A stretch of DNA of 64,000 nt from positions 14,260,001-14,324,000 of the forward strand of contig OX597823.1 of assembly GCA_951406725.2 (NCBI GenBank). The letters are read 5' to 3'. The notes under the pieces are model-generated. The model had not been told where the DNA came from and did no database searches. It worked only from the letters and a program-made list of their open reading frames with translations. The translations under genes were made by a program, and so were the position numbers. Shown here piece by piece: positions 42,427-57,155 of the stretch (positions within the stretch are counted from its first letter, which is position 1; every line of letters begins with the position of its first letter). Source of the stretch: Octopus vulgaris (taxonomy: Eukaryota).

Positions 42427-42833
42427 GGATTTTTTCGATTTGAACGGCAGTTTTCTCTAGCGGTGTCATATGAAATTGTCACCCATAATTATGACCATAG
42501 TATCGATCTATTGCATTTCAATCTGTTTTAGGGTTAGGGTTAGGGGTGGGGGGAAGGACATCTTTTTTTCTTCACAAATGTGAATAAACCCAATCTGTTT
42601 CTTAAACCAGGGAATATTCATACGGCACAGAAAGTTTTTTTTTTTACCTCTATAGACGTCATTGATTGGTTGAAATTGCAGAAATTGAAGAAAAAAACCC
42701 CAACAAATATCTTACAAACTATAGAATTTTCTCAATAAAGCCAAGAGAAAAAGATGTTTTATAAACACATTCTACCAGTATACGAAGTTTAAAATTTTTT
42801 TAGTTACCTAGAAATTATGTTAAAAACTGATCC
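42427..42833 (+). mobile_element. MITE family A, copy 4 (right TIR internally deleted)
   Basis: Same body; right end reads AAAAACTG-ATCC; 7-bp TSD GGCTGCC/GGCTTCC. Confidence 0.9.
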
Positions 42834-43107
42834 GGCTTCCTGTTTCCAAACGCGTACACGTATGTACTGCCACCTGCATTGTTGTCACAAATACAACTCA
42901 ACACTCTACGACTGGCTTGAGCGAGCATGAGTGCAACTGTGAGTGTGAACTTGAGTGCAACTGTGCGAACCACTCTACAAAGGAAAAGAAAAGGCGGCAA
43001 AACTGTTGTTTCTAAAATAAGACTTACAAAATATATTTAATTTCCTGCCTCGGTCGTATGAGTACGTTCGAGAATTTATGGTGTCTATGTGCGCGTGTGT
43101 GTGCGTG

Positions 43108-43146
<39 letters not shown>

Positions 43147-43244
43147 CTATGTAAGAGAGATAGAGTCAGAAATGGAGGGAGGTAAAATGAATTTGTTAGA
43201 ATAATGGTGTGTGTATCTTTAAAGGCATGTGTATTAGTCTGTGT

Positions 43245-43276
<32 letters not shown>

Positions 43277-43505
43277 ATGAAAAGAAAGGGGTAGCAACGC
43301 AAGGTGCAATTTTGTATGTCAATGGTGAATATGAATGACAATTAATTTTTGCCTGTATGTATGTATATCTGTATGTGTGTATGTATGTATGTATATCTGT
43401 ATGTGTGTATGTATGTATGTATGTATGTATGTATGTATGTACGTATGTATGTGTGTATGTATGTACGTATCTATGTATGTATGTATGTATGTATGTATGT
43501 ATCTT

Positions 43506-43611
<106 letters not shown>

Positions 43612-43780
43612 AGAAATTTTTTCCCGTAATCCCTTTATCATACATATATATATATGTGTGTGTGTGTGTGTATGTGTGTGTGAAGGCGCATGGCTCAGTG
43701 GTTAGAGCGTCGAGCTTACGATCGTGAGGTTGAGAGTTCGAATGTACGTATGTATGTATGTATGTATGTATGTATGTATG

Positions 43781-43814
<34 letters not shown>

Positions 43815-43859
43815 TGTATGTATGTATGTACGTATGTATGCATCTATCTATCTACCTAC

Positions 43860-44021
<162 letters not shown>

Positions 44022-44269
44022 GTCTATCTATTTATCTATACATGTGTGTGTGTGTAAGTGACTATATTTATGTGTGTCAATGTGTAGGTGTGAGTGTATG
44101 CGTGTATAGGAAGTGGCGTTGTCGATGTATTTGTAGTAATGTGTCTATAATAAGCCTGTTACTAACATAGTCAGACATTGTTGTTCGGCGTAGATTACGC
44201 AACAGTAATGGAAGGCGCACCACAGACAGTGTTTCACTGAATAACTACACCAACCAGAACCATCATCGT

Positions 44270-44362
44270 CACCACCACCACCATTACCATCACCGTCGCC
44301 GCTTCCGCCGCCGCCGCCGCCCCCCCACTGCCGCCGATCTAGCTTTACTACCCTCGTCGTCG

Positions 44363-44413
<51 letters not shown>

Positions 44414-45450
44414 GTAGCAGGAGCAGCAGTTTCAGAGTCTATTATATCCGATATCTCATTTACTAAATCCACTACACCACCACCACCACCACCACCACCA
44501 CCACCACCGCCACCATCACCCCCACCACAGCAATCACCACCATCACCCCCACCACAGCAATCACCACCACCACCACCACCACCACCGCCGCCGCCGCCGC
44601 CGCCACCATCACCACCACAGCAATCACCACCACCACACCACCACCACCACTACCACCACCATACCACCACCCACCACCACCACCACCACCACCACCACCA
44701 CCACAAACACCACCACCACCACCACCACCACCACCACCACCACCACCACCACCACCACAACCACCACCACAAACACCACCACCACCACCACCACCACCAC
44801 CACCATCACCACCACCACCGCAATCATCACCACATCATCTCCATCAACCCCACCACTACCAACTACAACAACACTTACCTACCATATGACGACGTCGCCA
44901 ACCACTGCTCTAACCCCACCACCAACAGTACCACCATCACTATCACCATCTCCACTGCCATCGCCACCACCAATGACGCAACTAATTACCGTTGCCCCGT
45001 CCCCTACACACACACACACACATCTCCAATGTTGCCGTCACCGCCACACCTGTAGAACCGCCCGCACCATCTACCTCACCACAACTACTGCCGCCGCCTC
45101 CTCCACCACCATCACAACAATAACAAGAGCTACAACCGTAGAGTTACCACCACCGTCACCACCACTACCACCACCACCACCACCACCGCCACCACCACCA
45201 CCACCACCGTCACCACCACCATCACCACTACCACTACCACTACAACCACCACCACCATCACCATCACCACCACCACCACCACCACACCACACCACCACCA
45301 CCACCATCACCACCACCACCACAGCAATCACAACCACCACCACCACCACCACCACCACCACTAACATCACTACCACCACCACCACTAACACCACCACCAC
45401 CACCACCACCACCACCACCACCACCACCACCACCCACCACCACTACCACC
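44270..45450. repeat. (CAT)n and (CAC)n trinucleotide low-complexity region
   Basis: Directly visible. Confidence 0.95.
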
Positions 45451-45937
45451 GATATCGTTATGGCAACACTGCAACCTACACCACCGCAACTACAACCCTT
45501 ACAACAACAACGACCACTATGACTACTTCTACCACAACCATCAAATCTCACCCCTGTTACAACGACCATCAGCATCACCTCACCATCACAGTTACAACTA
45601 AGAGACCTACCACGAGCAACGAAGACGCCTCCACGTAGTCGCTTGACCTGCTAGAAATAGCAGGCAAAACATTACATCACCCCCCACAAGCCCTAAAAAG
45701 AAAAAAAGAAAAGAAAAAGACATGTTCGATAACGGAATCCCTTCACATCTGTAAAAGACGTGACTAATAATAATAGCTAGGTTGGATTTCATCAAAGGCC
45801 TGCTTATTCAAGGATGACCTGGAATTGAACAACTGCAAGGCTGTGAGCTGGCAGAAACGTTAATCTAATCGACTGGTCCCCTCCCCCTAAAATTTCAGGC
45901 CTTGTGCCTAGAATAGAAAAACAAATTGTCTTCAGTT

Positions 45938-46558
45938 AAGGCAGCGAGCTGGCAGAAACGTTAGCACGCCGGCCGAAGTGCTTAGCGGTATTTCGTCTGC
46001 CGTTACGTTCTGAGTTCAAATTCCGCCGAAGTCGACTTGGCCTTTTCATCCTTTCGGGGTCGATAAATTAAGTACCAGTTACGCACTGGGGTCGATGTAA
46101 TCGACTTGATCCGTTTGTCTGTCCTTGTTTGTCCTCTCTGTGTGTAGCCCCTTGTGGGTAGTACAGAAATAGGTATTTCGTCTGCCGTTACGTTCTGAGT
46201 TCAAATTCCGCCGAGGTCGACTTTGCCTTTCATCCTTTTGGCGTCGATTAAATAAGTACCAGTTACGCACTGGGGTCGATCTAATCGACTTAATCTCCTT
46301 GTCTGTCCTTGTTTGTTCCCTCTATGTTTAGCCCCTTGTGGGTAGTAAAGAAATAGGTATTTCGTCTGCCGTTACGTTCTGAGTTCAAATTCCGCCGAGG
46401 TTGACTTTGCCTTTCATCCTTTCGGCGTCGATTAAATAAGTACCAGTTACGCACTGGAGTCGATCTAATCGACTTAATCTCCTTGTCTGTCCTTGTTTGT
46501 TCCCTCTATGTTTGGCCCCTTGTGGGCAATTAAGAAATAAGAAACGTTAGCACGCCAG
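45938..46558 (+). mobile_element. Second SINE family as a single-headed trimer (representative)
   Basis: Head GGCGGCGAGCTGGCAGAA (family consensus), B box GAGTTCAAATT, conserved central block GCCTTTCATCCTTTCGGGGTCGATAAA.TAAGTACCAG, ~178-bp unit repeated three times. Others: 3305-3718(+), 7073-7620(+), 30580-31117(-), 52797-52958(-), 53690-54100(-), 59324-59890(-), 63635-64000(+). Confidence 0.9.
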
Positions 46559-47080
46559 GATGGGGAGATGAGGATTGAAAACATGTCAGGAAGATAAATA
46601 TGCACTTACATAACGGCAAGATTCTGCAGTGACACATTCTACAAAACAAACAACGAATACCAACGAGTAATCATTAATCTAGTGGAGGCACCACAGGGCC
46701 TAGTGGTTAGAGCAGCGGACTCACGGTTGAGGGATCGCGGGTTCGAATCTCAGACTGGGCGAGTGCGATTTCACACAATCTGCTCAAAACCCTCAACCGC
46801 TTTAGAAAGGGAAACTTGTGACTAATGTGGTTCTGTGTTCGTTGTTTCTATAAGGTTAATCCACTTGCTAGAAATAGCAGCTAATTCACCCTCAATTCAT
46901 ACATCTCACCACGCATAAAAAGATGGGAGGGATAATCAGAGTGGAAAGCTTTTCATAAAAAAATAGTCAACCAGCATAGGTTGAAAGAATTAAAATTGGT
47001 AGCGTCATTGTCGACATAATGGTGGTTGTGGTGGTAGTAGTAGTTTTAGCGGTGGTAGCTGTCTTTTCTCATTCAAGGAA

Positions 47081-47130
<50 letters not shown>

Positions 47131-47634
47131 ACAGCAGCCATCAGAAGCATGTACCACGTGTATTTTGTTAGAAAAACATGTAAACTTCCAGAACTGATAT
47201 CATAAATGAATCATTTACTTCAATTTATTTTCTTTCCTTTACAGTATGAATAGCTTGACTTAAAAGCAACTGAAACCGGTAACATATTTTGATAAAAATG
47301 CAAATATTCCCTTTATTTAGTTCCTAAAGAAGTTTTCAAGGCATTACCTTTTTGTTTTCATTATGAATTTACTTGACCTTCTTAACATACGCACGCACAT
47401 ACACATACAGTATTAGAATTATTAAACTATTTTAAAAATGATTTTTAAAAACTGTGAACATTACCTGTTGTAGAATTTACTGCGTTGAGTAAACCAGATA
47501 GATATGTTTATCATATTAAAACTGACATTCTAGCCTGAAATTCGTTTCAGGCTGGGCTGTCCTCGACAGTGTGAACACTCAGTTTAGTGCGCAACTCAGA
47601 GTGGGCAGAAAATTTTATACATTGTAAGCACCCA

Positions 47635-47680
<46 letters not shown>

Positions 47681-48344
47681 CATACACACACACACACGCA
47701 CACACACACATACACATAGACACACTAACATACTAACATACATGCCCATATTATGGTGCTAACATGTTATATCAAAGATAGCGTTTTGGGAGTGGCACAC
47801 GAATTATGTATTGCGATTTTAATACATAATATATAATATATAATATAATATAATTATCATATAATATTATATTATATTATATTATATTATTATTTGTGTG
47901 CGTATTCGTTTATTGACTTGTTTTATTCACTGGACTGTGTCTTTGCTGCAGCATCTACTCCAGGAGTTTAGTCGATTATATCGATTCCTGAATTTTCTTG
48001 AGTCTGGCACTACGTTTATTGATCTATATTTTATATATAGTTTATCGATCTGTGTGTGTCGAATCATTAAATTTCGCTTTTTGACATAACATTGCCAGCG
48101 CGTTTTGAGACATCTGTTTTTTTTTTCGTGAAATCATGACATTCAACGCAAACACATATACACGCAAATACGTACGTGCGCGCGCACACATATTGACAGG
48201 GTCATTCCAAAATAGACACATGCACACAAACCCAACATTAGAACCGGTTATAAACACACGCATATATATGTATACATATATGCATACATCAATATATGAA
48301 TGCCTATATACATACATAAATAGGTACGTACGTCCATACATACA

Positions 48345-48586
48345 TAAATCTGAAAAAACTTACCAGAAGTTTATCATTTAAGTATATATGTGCATGTCTA
48401 GACATGCAAGTATATGCATGAGAAGACATACATAAAGCAAAACATTCAAAGTTGCATATATACACACATACGTAAAAAAAATTCCCTGTTGACGTTGGAA
48501 TTCCAATGAAAAAGTCTTTCGATCTAGTTTAGAAAGTGACTCTTTCTCTATTGGCAAGAAATCTTGAAATAAAACTGAATAATGGC
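48345..48586 (+). mobile_element. Same RLE family, 3' end
   Basis: AAAACTTACCAGAAGTTTATCATTTAA..GGCAAGAAATCTTGAAATAAAACTGAATAATGG running into (CATA)n. Confidence 0.7.
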
Positions 48587-48647
48587 ATACATACATACAT
48601 ACATACATACATACATACATACATACATACATACATACATACATACA

Positions 48648-49003
48648 TTACAAGTTGAGGTTTATACCTGTAATTATTGGGGCCCTGGGAAATGAAACAC
48701 ACTGCCTAGATACCAACCTCGAGGAATTGGGTTTCGCAAAACCGGAAAGAAGAAAGCTAATTCGAAGGCAACAGATCTAATCCATCATTAGAACTGAAAA
48801 AATGTGTAAAACTTTCTAGAAGTTTATCATTTCAATATATATGAGCATGTCGAGATATGCAACTATATGCATGTGAATACATGCATAAAACAAAACAGAC
48901 AAATCTGCACATATACATACATGCATATATACATACACACACAAATAAAAATGCCCTGTTGTTGATAATGAAATTCCAATGAAGGAGCCTTGGATCTACT
49001 TTA
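48648..49003 (+). mobile_element. RLE-type (R4/Dong-like) non-LTR retrotransposon 3' fragment
   Basis: YKLRFIPVIIGALG..NLEELGFAKPERRKLIRR..KMCKTF followed by the family 3' UTR; preceded by (CATA)n. Confidence 0.75.
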
Positions 49004-49022
49004 ACAACACACACACACACAT

Positions 49023-49111
<89 letters not shown>

Positions 49112-49157
49112 CATTATTTACATTCGACGGATATTCGTCCTCATCTTGTTTGCTGTT

Positions 49158-49203
49158 AACACAACGTTTCGGCTGATATACCCTCCAGTCTTCTTCAGGT
49201 GTC
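49158..49203 (-). ncRNA. Minimal type-I hammerhead ribozyme
   Basis: Minus strand GACAC-CTGAAGA-A-GACTG(GAGGGTATAT)CAGCC-GAAA-C-GTT-GTGTT: canonical core, 5-bp stem I, stem II with one mismatch. Confidence 0.75.
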
Positions 49204-49258
49204 TTGGGGAAATTTCGAACCTGGGTTCTTATACATAAGGTATTTTTCGATGTTATTA

Positions 49259-49322
<64 letters not shown>

Positions 49323-49430
49323 GTTCAGGTCACTGCTTGGAATTGAACTCGAAATCTTGGATTTAGTAGTCTGCACTCTTAACCACTACGCCATATGCGT
49401 AGTAAATAATTCCTCATCTCTTAAATATAG

Positions 49431-49506
<76 letters not shown>

Positions 49507-50531
49507 TGTTAATATTTTTACTTATATATCTATTGTTACGCTCCTATCTTTGCTTATCCTCTGAACAATTGAGAAACATAAAATATCTTAAATAGTCTAG
49601 AGATTCAATCAATATCTGTTTCCTCAAAAACATTTTACACCCGACAATACGTATTGAGTCCCTTTTCTTTGTTTGTATAAGTGTTCACTAATTCACACAG
49701 CCTCATTCACATGCATACACATACAGTCACAATATATGTATGTAATATATATTATCTATATATGTGTATATATGTGTAGGGATAAACGGTGCATATGTGG
49801 ATCTGTATGTCTGACTTATATGTGCACACACACACACACACACACGCACACAATACACATATATATATACATATACATGTATGTCTGTATGTATATATAT
49901 GTCGTTACTGTCCTGTTTTTGTTACCATTTTTACCCCTCTGCGAAAAGATCTCAAATTTTATTTGATTTGCTTTTCGCAGGAAGGAAAGTTTCTATCGAA
50001 GATACGTCTCGCCTTCACCTTCGAAACGTAGAGTAGATGAAACCATGGCGACTGAAGAAGGGTTTTTTTTCCTTGTGTTATTTGTCCTGTACTCTATTTG
50101 TTTGTTGTTTAAGAAAAATGTCCAGTTCCTTGGGTTTGTGTCTATGTTTTCGTTTCTCATTGTGTTCGACGTTTTTTTGGTGTCCTGTACTCATATATGC
50201 GTGTATATATATACATGTAGAGGTAGGTACGTACATATATGTATATATATATATATGCATATGTTTTATTTATTAATATATTATATATATACATATATAT
50301 ATATATGTATGTGTGTGTGTATGTATATGCATATCTGTATATGAAAATGATGCAAGCATGAAATTCATTGCATGTGAAAAATCTATATGATCTGACTTGC
50401 ATGTGCGTTTACACGTGGAGAATGTAAGTATATATATGTGTATGCATGTATGTATATATGTATGTAAGTATTCATTATGTATCTATGCATGTATGTATGT
50501 ATGTTTGTATATATGTATGTAAGTATGTATG

Positions 50532-50565
<34 letters not shown>

Positions 50566-50631
50566 TGTATATATGTATGTATATATGTATGTATATATAT
50601 ATGTAAGTATGTATGTATGTATATATGTATG

Positions 50632-50662
<31 letters not shown>

Positions 50663-50803
50663 CTATGTATGTATATATGTATGTATATATGTATGTAAGT
50701 ATGTATGTATGTATATATGTATGTATATATGTATGTAAGTATGTATGTATATATGTATGTAAGTATGTATGTATATATGTATATATGTATGTATGTATGT
50801 ATG

Positions 50804-50842
<39 letters not shown>

Positions 50843-51720
50843 GTATGTATGTATGTAAGTATGTATGTATATATGTATGTATATATATATATGTATGTAT
50901 ATATGTATGTATATATGTATGTATATATGTATGTATTATGTATGTATGTATGTATGCATGTATGTATATATGTATGTATATATGTATGTAAGTATGTATG
51001 TATATATGTATGTAAGTATGTATGTATATATGTATATATATGTATGTATGTATGTATCTATATATGTATGTATGTATAAGTATGTATGTATGTAAGTATG
51101 TATGTATATATGTATGTAAGTATGTATGTATATATGTATGTATATATGTATGTATATATGTATATATGTATATATGTATGTATGTATATATGTATGTATG
51201 TATGTATATATGTGTGTATGCATGTATGTATGTATGTATGTATGCATGTATGTATGTACACCATTGTATGCATATTTGTATGCAATCATGTATGTATGTT
51301 TTTCTTTTCTTTCCTATTATCTCTGTATGAATGCACGTTTGTTTGTAACTTTGTGAATGCCTGGTGGGAATATTTTTCCCTTTAGAGTAGCAAAACGCGA
51401 TATAAACACCTGATATATTAATATTGCATTTGTGTGGTTCTAAGGTAGGTTGATATAATTGAAATAAATATGGAATTAGAAACTGAACAGTATGTGAAAC
51501 ACCACCACCGACATCATCACCGCCCCCCCTCGCTGCAACAACAACAACAACAACAACAAACAATAACAATTATTACTGCTTCTACTACACGAAGAACAAT
51601 TGCAACTATAAGAACAATAGAAAGTCACAAGACAGTAGTAATAATACTAATAATAATGGTAATAACAACAATGATATTGATGATGATGATGATGATGATG
51701 ATATATAAGGATAATGATAA

Positions 51721-52410
51721 GAACTATCCAATATGCTATCCTTTGTATATGGATGATATCGAATTGTATGATACGAATGATAAACAACTGGAAAATACTA
51801 ATATCATGCGAGATAAAGAAGGTGAAATAAGAGGCTTAGATCAAAGACAGACCAACAAATACTTATGAATTAATAAACTATGCAGTGTACAACATATATA
51901 CTTGAAAGAAAAGATTAGTAAGGTATATTAAAATGCATCAGATTAATACCTAAGACAGAGCTAAATGATAAATTGAAGAGGCATTGCTACTTACTGTAGC
52001 TCCCTCAGTAGTAAGAGACAGTGTTGACATACACAAGGTATTTGAGTATGGTAGCGATCTATATTCTGGGTTACGCTTATGCAGAGAGATCAAGGCTAAC
52101 CGACCAGATATTGTTGTCAAGGATCACATGAAACAGAAATGTCTCCCGATCAACATATCACCTCCAACTGATAAGGAAATATACTTTAAAGAGATGAAGG
52201 AATCATTCAAATATAAAAATATGAAAATGGAGATTATTTGAATGTAGGACCTGAAAATAAAGGTAACGTTATGTTAATAGGTGCTTTTGGAAAGGTAGAA
52301 GAAAATACGCTGACAAATTCATAGCCTAAATCCCAAGACTTACAAATATGCAAACGTACACAAAATAGCGATGCTAGCCATTACATTCATATTGCGTGAA
52401 GTACCTTCAA
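51721..52410 (+). mobile_element. Decayed R4/Dong-like RLE retrotransposon (RT and endonuclease pieces)
   Basis: LYMDDIELY RT motif; IKANRPDIVVKD..CLPINIS.P.D..KE..KY..MEI and IGAFG motifs of the restriction-like endonuclease; large internal deletions. Confidence 0.8.
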
Positions 52411-52974
52411 TATTGTTATGGGAGAATCTTGAACACCCCTACGTCATTGAAAGTGGACGAACCAATTACAGTAAATAAGAACTAAGTGAACTGTCAGCGG
52501 GGTGAGCGGTTGTTGACGGTGTTAGTTCGACGTGTATTGCTGTAACAGTCGGTAGTTGAACAGTAAATACTGAGTATCGTTCGTACGTTCGAGTAGTACG
52601 GAGTGCGTTCTGTATTAACATATTTCTGCGACAGGTTGTGTTTAGATGACCACAACTAACTATCTATTTGTGTGATACCATTTTATATCGGACGTGTATA
52701 ACCATGTCATGACAAATACATCAAGAATAACAAAGCCAAAACAAAGCAATGCACATACCTGAGGCAACCAGTGTGGGCAATAAACATAAGACAAGTAAGT
52801 CGATTACATCGACTCCTGTGATAAACCGGTACTTCTTTTATCGATTCCCGAAAGCTAAAGTCGACCTCAGCGGAATTTGAATTCAGAATGTAAAAACGTA
52901 CGAAATGCCACAAAGCATTTTGCCCAGTGTGCTAACGATTCTGCCAACTCATCGCCTTAATAATGATGATGATG

Positions 52975-53512
<538 letters not shown>

Positions 53513-54648
53513 AATAATAATAATAATAACAATAATAATAATAATAACAATAATAACAATAATAATAATAATAACAATAATAACGATGATGATGATGAGG
53601 AGGAGGAGGATGAGGATGAGGATGATGATGATGATGATGATGATGATAAGAAGAAGAAGAATTTCATTATTATTATTTGTTATTATTATAGGCACAAAGC
53701 CTGGAATTTTGTTTTGGGTTGAGGCTAGTGGATTACATTGAGCCCAGTATTCAAATGGTATCTTATTTATTGACCCCGAAAGAATGTAAGGTAAAGTCAA
53801 CCTCGGTGATATTTGAACTCAGAACATAACCAATCAAGAAATAAACCGTTTTTGCCGACTCTAATAATTCTATTAGTTCCTTGTCTGCTTAATTAAAGTA
53901 TTAATAATGGTTTCAAGCAAAGCAGTTTCGAAAGGATAGATAGGCAAATCGATACAATCGATTCCAGGACTTAACTGGTACTTTATTTTATCGATCTCGG
54001 GAAGAATGAAAAGGCAAATAGGTTTCAGTGAGATTTGAACTCAGAACATAAAGGGCCGGAACAAATATCGCGAAGTGTTTATTTGGAATTTGATTCTGCC
54101 TGCGTGTGTGTGTGTATGTGTGAGTCTGTGTCTGTGTTTATCCTTCCCTACTGCCTGACAACCGGCGCTGGTGTGTTTACATCCCCGTAACTGCGGTTCG
54201 GCAGAAGTGTCCGAGAAAACAAGTATCAGGCTTTAAAACAAAACAAAAAAAATAATAAGTACTGGTGTTGATACATTAGACTAAAAATTCCTGAAGGCGG
54301 TGCCCCAGCATGGCCACAGTTCAATGACTGAAGCTAGGAAACTTATACACATAGGCGGTACTTCGCATGGCCACAGCCTTAGGGCTGAAACACGTAAAAG
54401 AATACAAGAATAAAAGAATATACCTCTCCATATATGTATATATATGTACGTACGAAAGTATGAACATACACGTACATACCATACACGAACATGCACATAC
54501 ACACGCACACACAGACGTACACTTGCATCTGATAAATGGATGATATCGCAATTTTACGCGCATTTGCACATATACATATATAGATATGCAAACACGCTTA
54601 TACAATACGTATATACATATAGACAATAAGTATATAAACACACATACA

Positions 54649-54735
<87 letters not shown>

Positions 54736-54807
54736 CCATGTTGATTCGCTAGCTTCTGCACGCATTTTTTTCTCTCCTTGTTTCTCTCCGTGTTTCTTAT
54801 CTTTGTA

Positions 54808-54845
54808 TCTTTCTGTTGAAGAGCGTAGGCTCGAAACGTAAAAGA
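54808..54845 (+). ncRNA. Minimal type-I hammerhead ribozyme-like motif (variant core CUGUUGAA)
   Basis: TCTTT-CTGTTGA-A-GAGC(GTAG)GCTC-GAAA-C-GTA-AAAGA in module 54735-54945 between two (TA)n tracts. Confidence 0.65.
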
Positions 54846-54946
54846 CTTGTTTTATTTATATTCCTGAGCGCCATACTAATACAATTGTTTGTTTGTATTC
54901 CACCTGCCTTCGTCTTTTGTTTATTTTCATAAAGCTTCCCGTTATA

Positions 54947-55008
<62 letters not shown>

Positions 55009-55259
55009 CATGTGTGCATACATAAGAGCATATATATATGTATATATATAATTTTACTTTACAAATTAATGAATAAAAATAAAAATAATAATGAACCTTA
55101 AATGAATGAACCTTAAAAATTTAAGGGAATAAAAGGGGATAAAGAATAAAAAATACGAATAAAAAATACGAAATAAAAATTAAAACGATTTTCGTCAAAT
55201 AATTTCAAGTATCATAGAGTTATATAGGATGTAGATAGAGTAATAAAAGTATAGAATCC

Positions 55260-55355
55260 AGACCTGAATATTGGGAGTACGTTGATGTAACTGAGTATTG
55301 AAACTAGAGACCTTATATCGCAGAAATACCGACTGTCATGAAACACGTGTTGTCT
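55260..55355 (+). ncRNA. Degenerate hammerhead ribozyme (G8 mutated)
   Basis: AGAC-CTGAATA-...ACTGTCAT-GAAA-CACGTG-TT-GTCT; stem I AGAC/GTCT, palindrome ACACGTGT. Confidence 0.5.
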
Positions 55356-55587
55356 TTAAAATGGGAAGTATGGGATTCTGAATAGATATAGTAAGTATTA
55401 CATTTAATATTTTATGGCTCGGTCGGGTATAATTTATTTCAATGTTGATTGAGTTGAGAGTGGTTCTGTATCTAAAACTGCTTTTATATATATGATTAAA
55501 ATATTGAGAGAAGTTCGCTTTAGTACCTTTAATTTGAATGTCTCATTCCTGTGGACTCGGAATTAATCTTCCCTAATAATTATAATA

Positions 55588-55650
<63 letters not shown>

Positions 55651-56134
55651 TATATACATACATATATACATACATATATATATATAATCTTTCTTCTTTT
55701 CTTTTAATGTTTTACTTGTTTCAGTCATTTGACTGCGGCCATGCTGGAGCACCGCCTTTCAGTCGAGCAAATCGACCCCAGGACTTATTTTTTGTAAGCC
55801 TAGTACTTATTCTATCAGTCTCTTTTGCCGAACCGCTAAGTTACGGGGACATAAACACACCAGCTTCGGTTGTCAAGTGATATTGGGGGGACAAACACAG
55901 ACACAAACACACACATATATATATACATACATACATACATACATACATACATACATACATACATACATACATACATACATACATACATACACACATACAT
56001 ACATACATATATACGACTACTGAAAAGGTTCTAAGACGCAACGAAACTTTTTGAAAAATATATAAATGAGTGGAAATCGAACCGGTGAGTGTGTTAAGTA
56101 ATAAGACACTAAAAGAGAATGACTCTCCCACGAC

Positions 56135-56180
<46 letters not shown>

Positions 56181-56475
56181 CTTTACATACTGAATACTTG
56201 GTGAAATTGATTAATAATTAATTAATTTTACCCTCAATTGTTGAAATTATAATTCATCTCTCTCTGTTAAATTGCTAAATGCTGCGGTTTTCACCGTTAA
56301 TACTTGGTGTTTGTCAACTTTAACCCACGCTGGTGGAAAGGGGAGAGCAGAAATTCTTCGCTTGCATATTCGAATTTGATAGCACTTTTAGTTCGAGCAG
56401 AATTCTAGAGGTGATTAGAAGCCGAAAGGGTATGCTCCCGACTTTCAGTGTTCCCAAATCCGATTCAAGGAATTC

Positions 56476-56527
56476 TGAGCTGAAGAAAGAAATGTCGAAT
56501 TGACTAATCTAGAAACGTACGTTCTCA
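56476..56527 (+). ncRNA. Type-I hammerhead ribozyme, decayed stem II
   Basis: TGAG-CTGAAGA-AAGAAATGTC(GAATT)GACTAATCTA-GAAA-CGTACG-TT-CTCA; stem I TGAG/CTCA, palindrome ACGTACGT. Confidence 0.65.
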
Positions 56528-56717
56528 AATAACCTTTGCACTTGATTTTTTAATGTTTTTTCCCCCATACTTTTGTGAGTTAGTTTAGGCAAACACTATC
56601 TGAGAGAGATCTTCTTTAAGTATTAGAAATAGCTGAAGACATTTCTTTAGCTGCTATTTCTAATGAGTTCAGTATGTGGCAAAGTAATTTATTTTACTAA
56701 GCCCTTATATATAATGT

Positions 56718-56768
<51 letters not shown>

Positions 56769-57030
56769 TACATATATATGTATGTATGTGTGTGTATATA
56801 TATATATGTATATATGTATACACACACATATATGTATATCTATTATATTATGGATATATGGGTAAATACATACACATACACTTACACACACACACACGCA
56901 CACGCACACGTGTGCGCGCGCACGCGTACGTATAAACATAAATATATGGATTTATGTATAAGCGCATGAGTACAAACATTTTCTTGTTGATGACTGGCAG
57001 CGGTACCCAGCATGCACCTCGCCGACTCAC

Positions 57031-57155
57031 TTCACCATCATCATCATCGCCGTGAGAAGAAGTAATACGATAGTTTCGCAATGCTTGAAGGCGTTAGCAC
57101 TGGATGCAGGTAAAGTTTGATGTATTCTCCTGATGTCACTTCTGACACATCGCAT
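57031..57155 (-). CDS. Possible first coding exon of a secreted or membrane protein
   Basis: ATG at 57155; open frame MRCVRSDIRRIHQTLPASSANAFKHCETIVLLLLTAMMMMV ending at a consensus GTGAGT donor (57030-57025, phase 2). No downstream exon identified. Confidence 0.25.

Noticed and set aside
47227-47545. Splice-like signals: plus-strand 34-nt exon after TTTCCTTTTACAG and a minus-strand ~70-nt AG..GT segment
   Set aside because: Stops in all three frames in both cases; could only be non-coding exons and cannot be supported without transcripts.
52414-52633. Possible solo LTR (TGTTATG...GCGACA with AGTAAA)
   Set aside because: No target-site duplication, no convincing primer-binding site and no second copy in the window.
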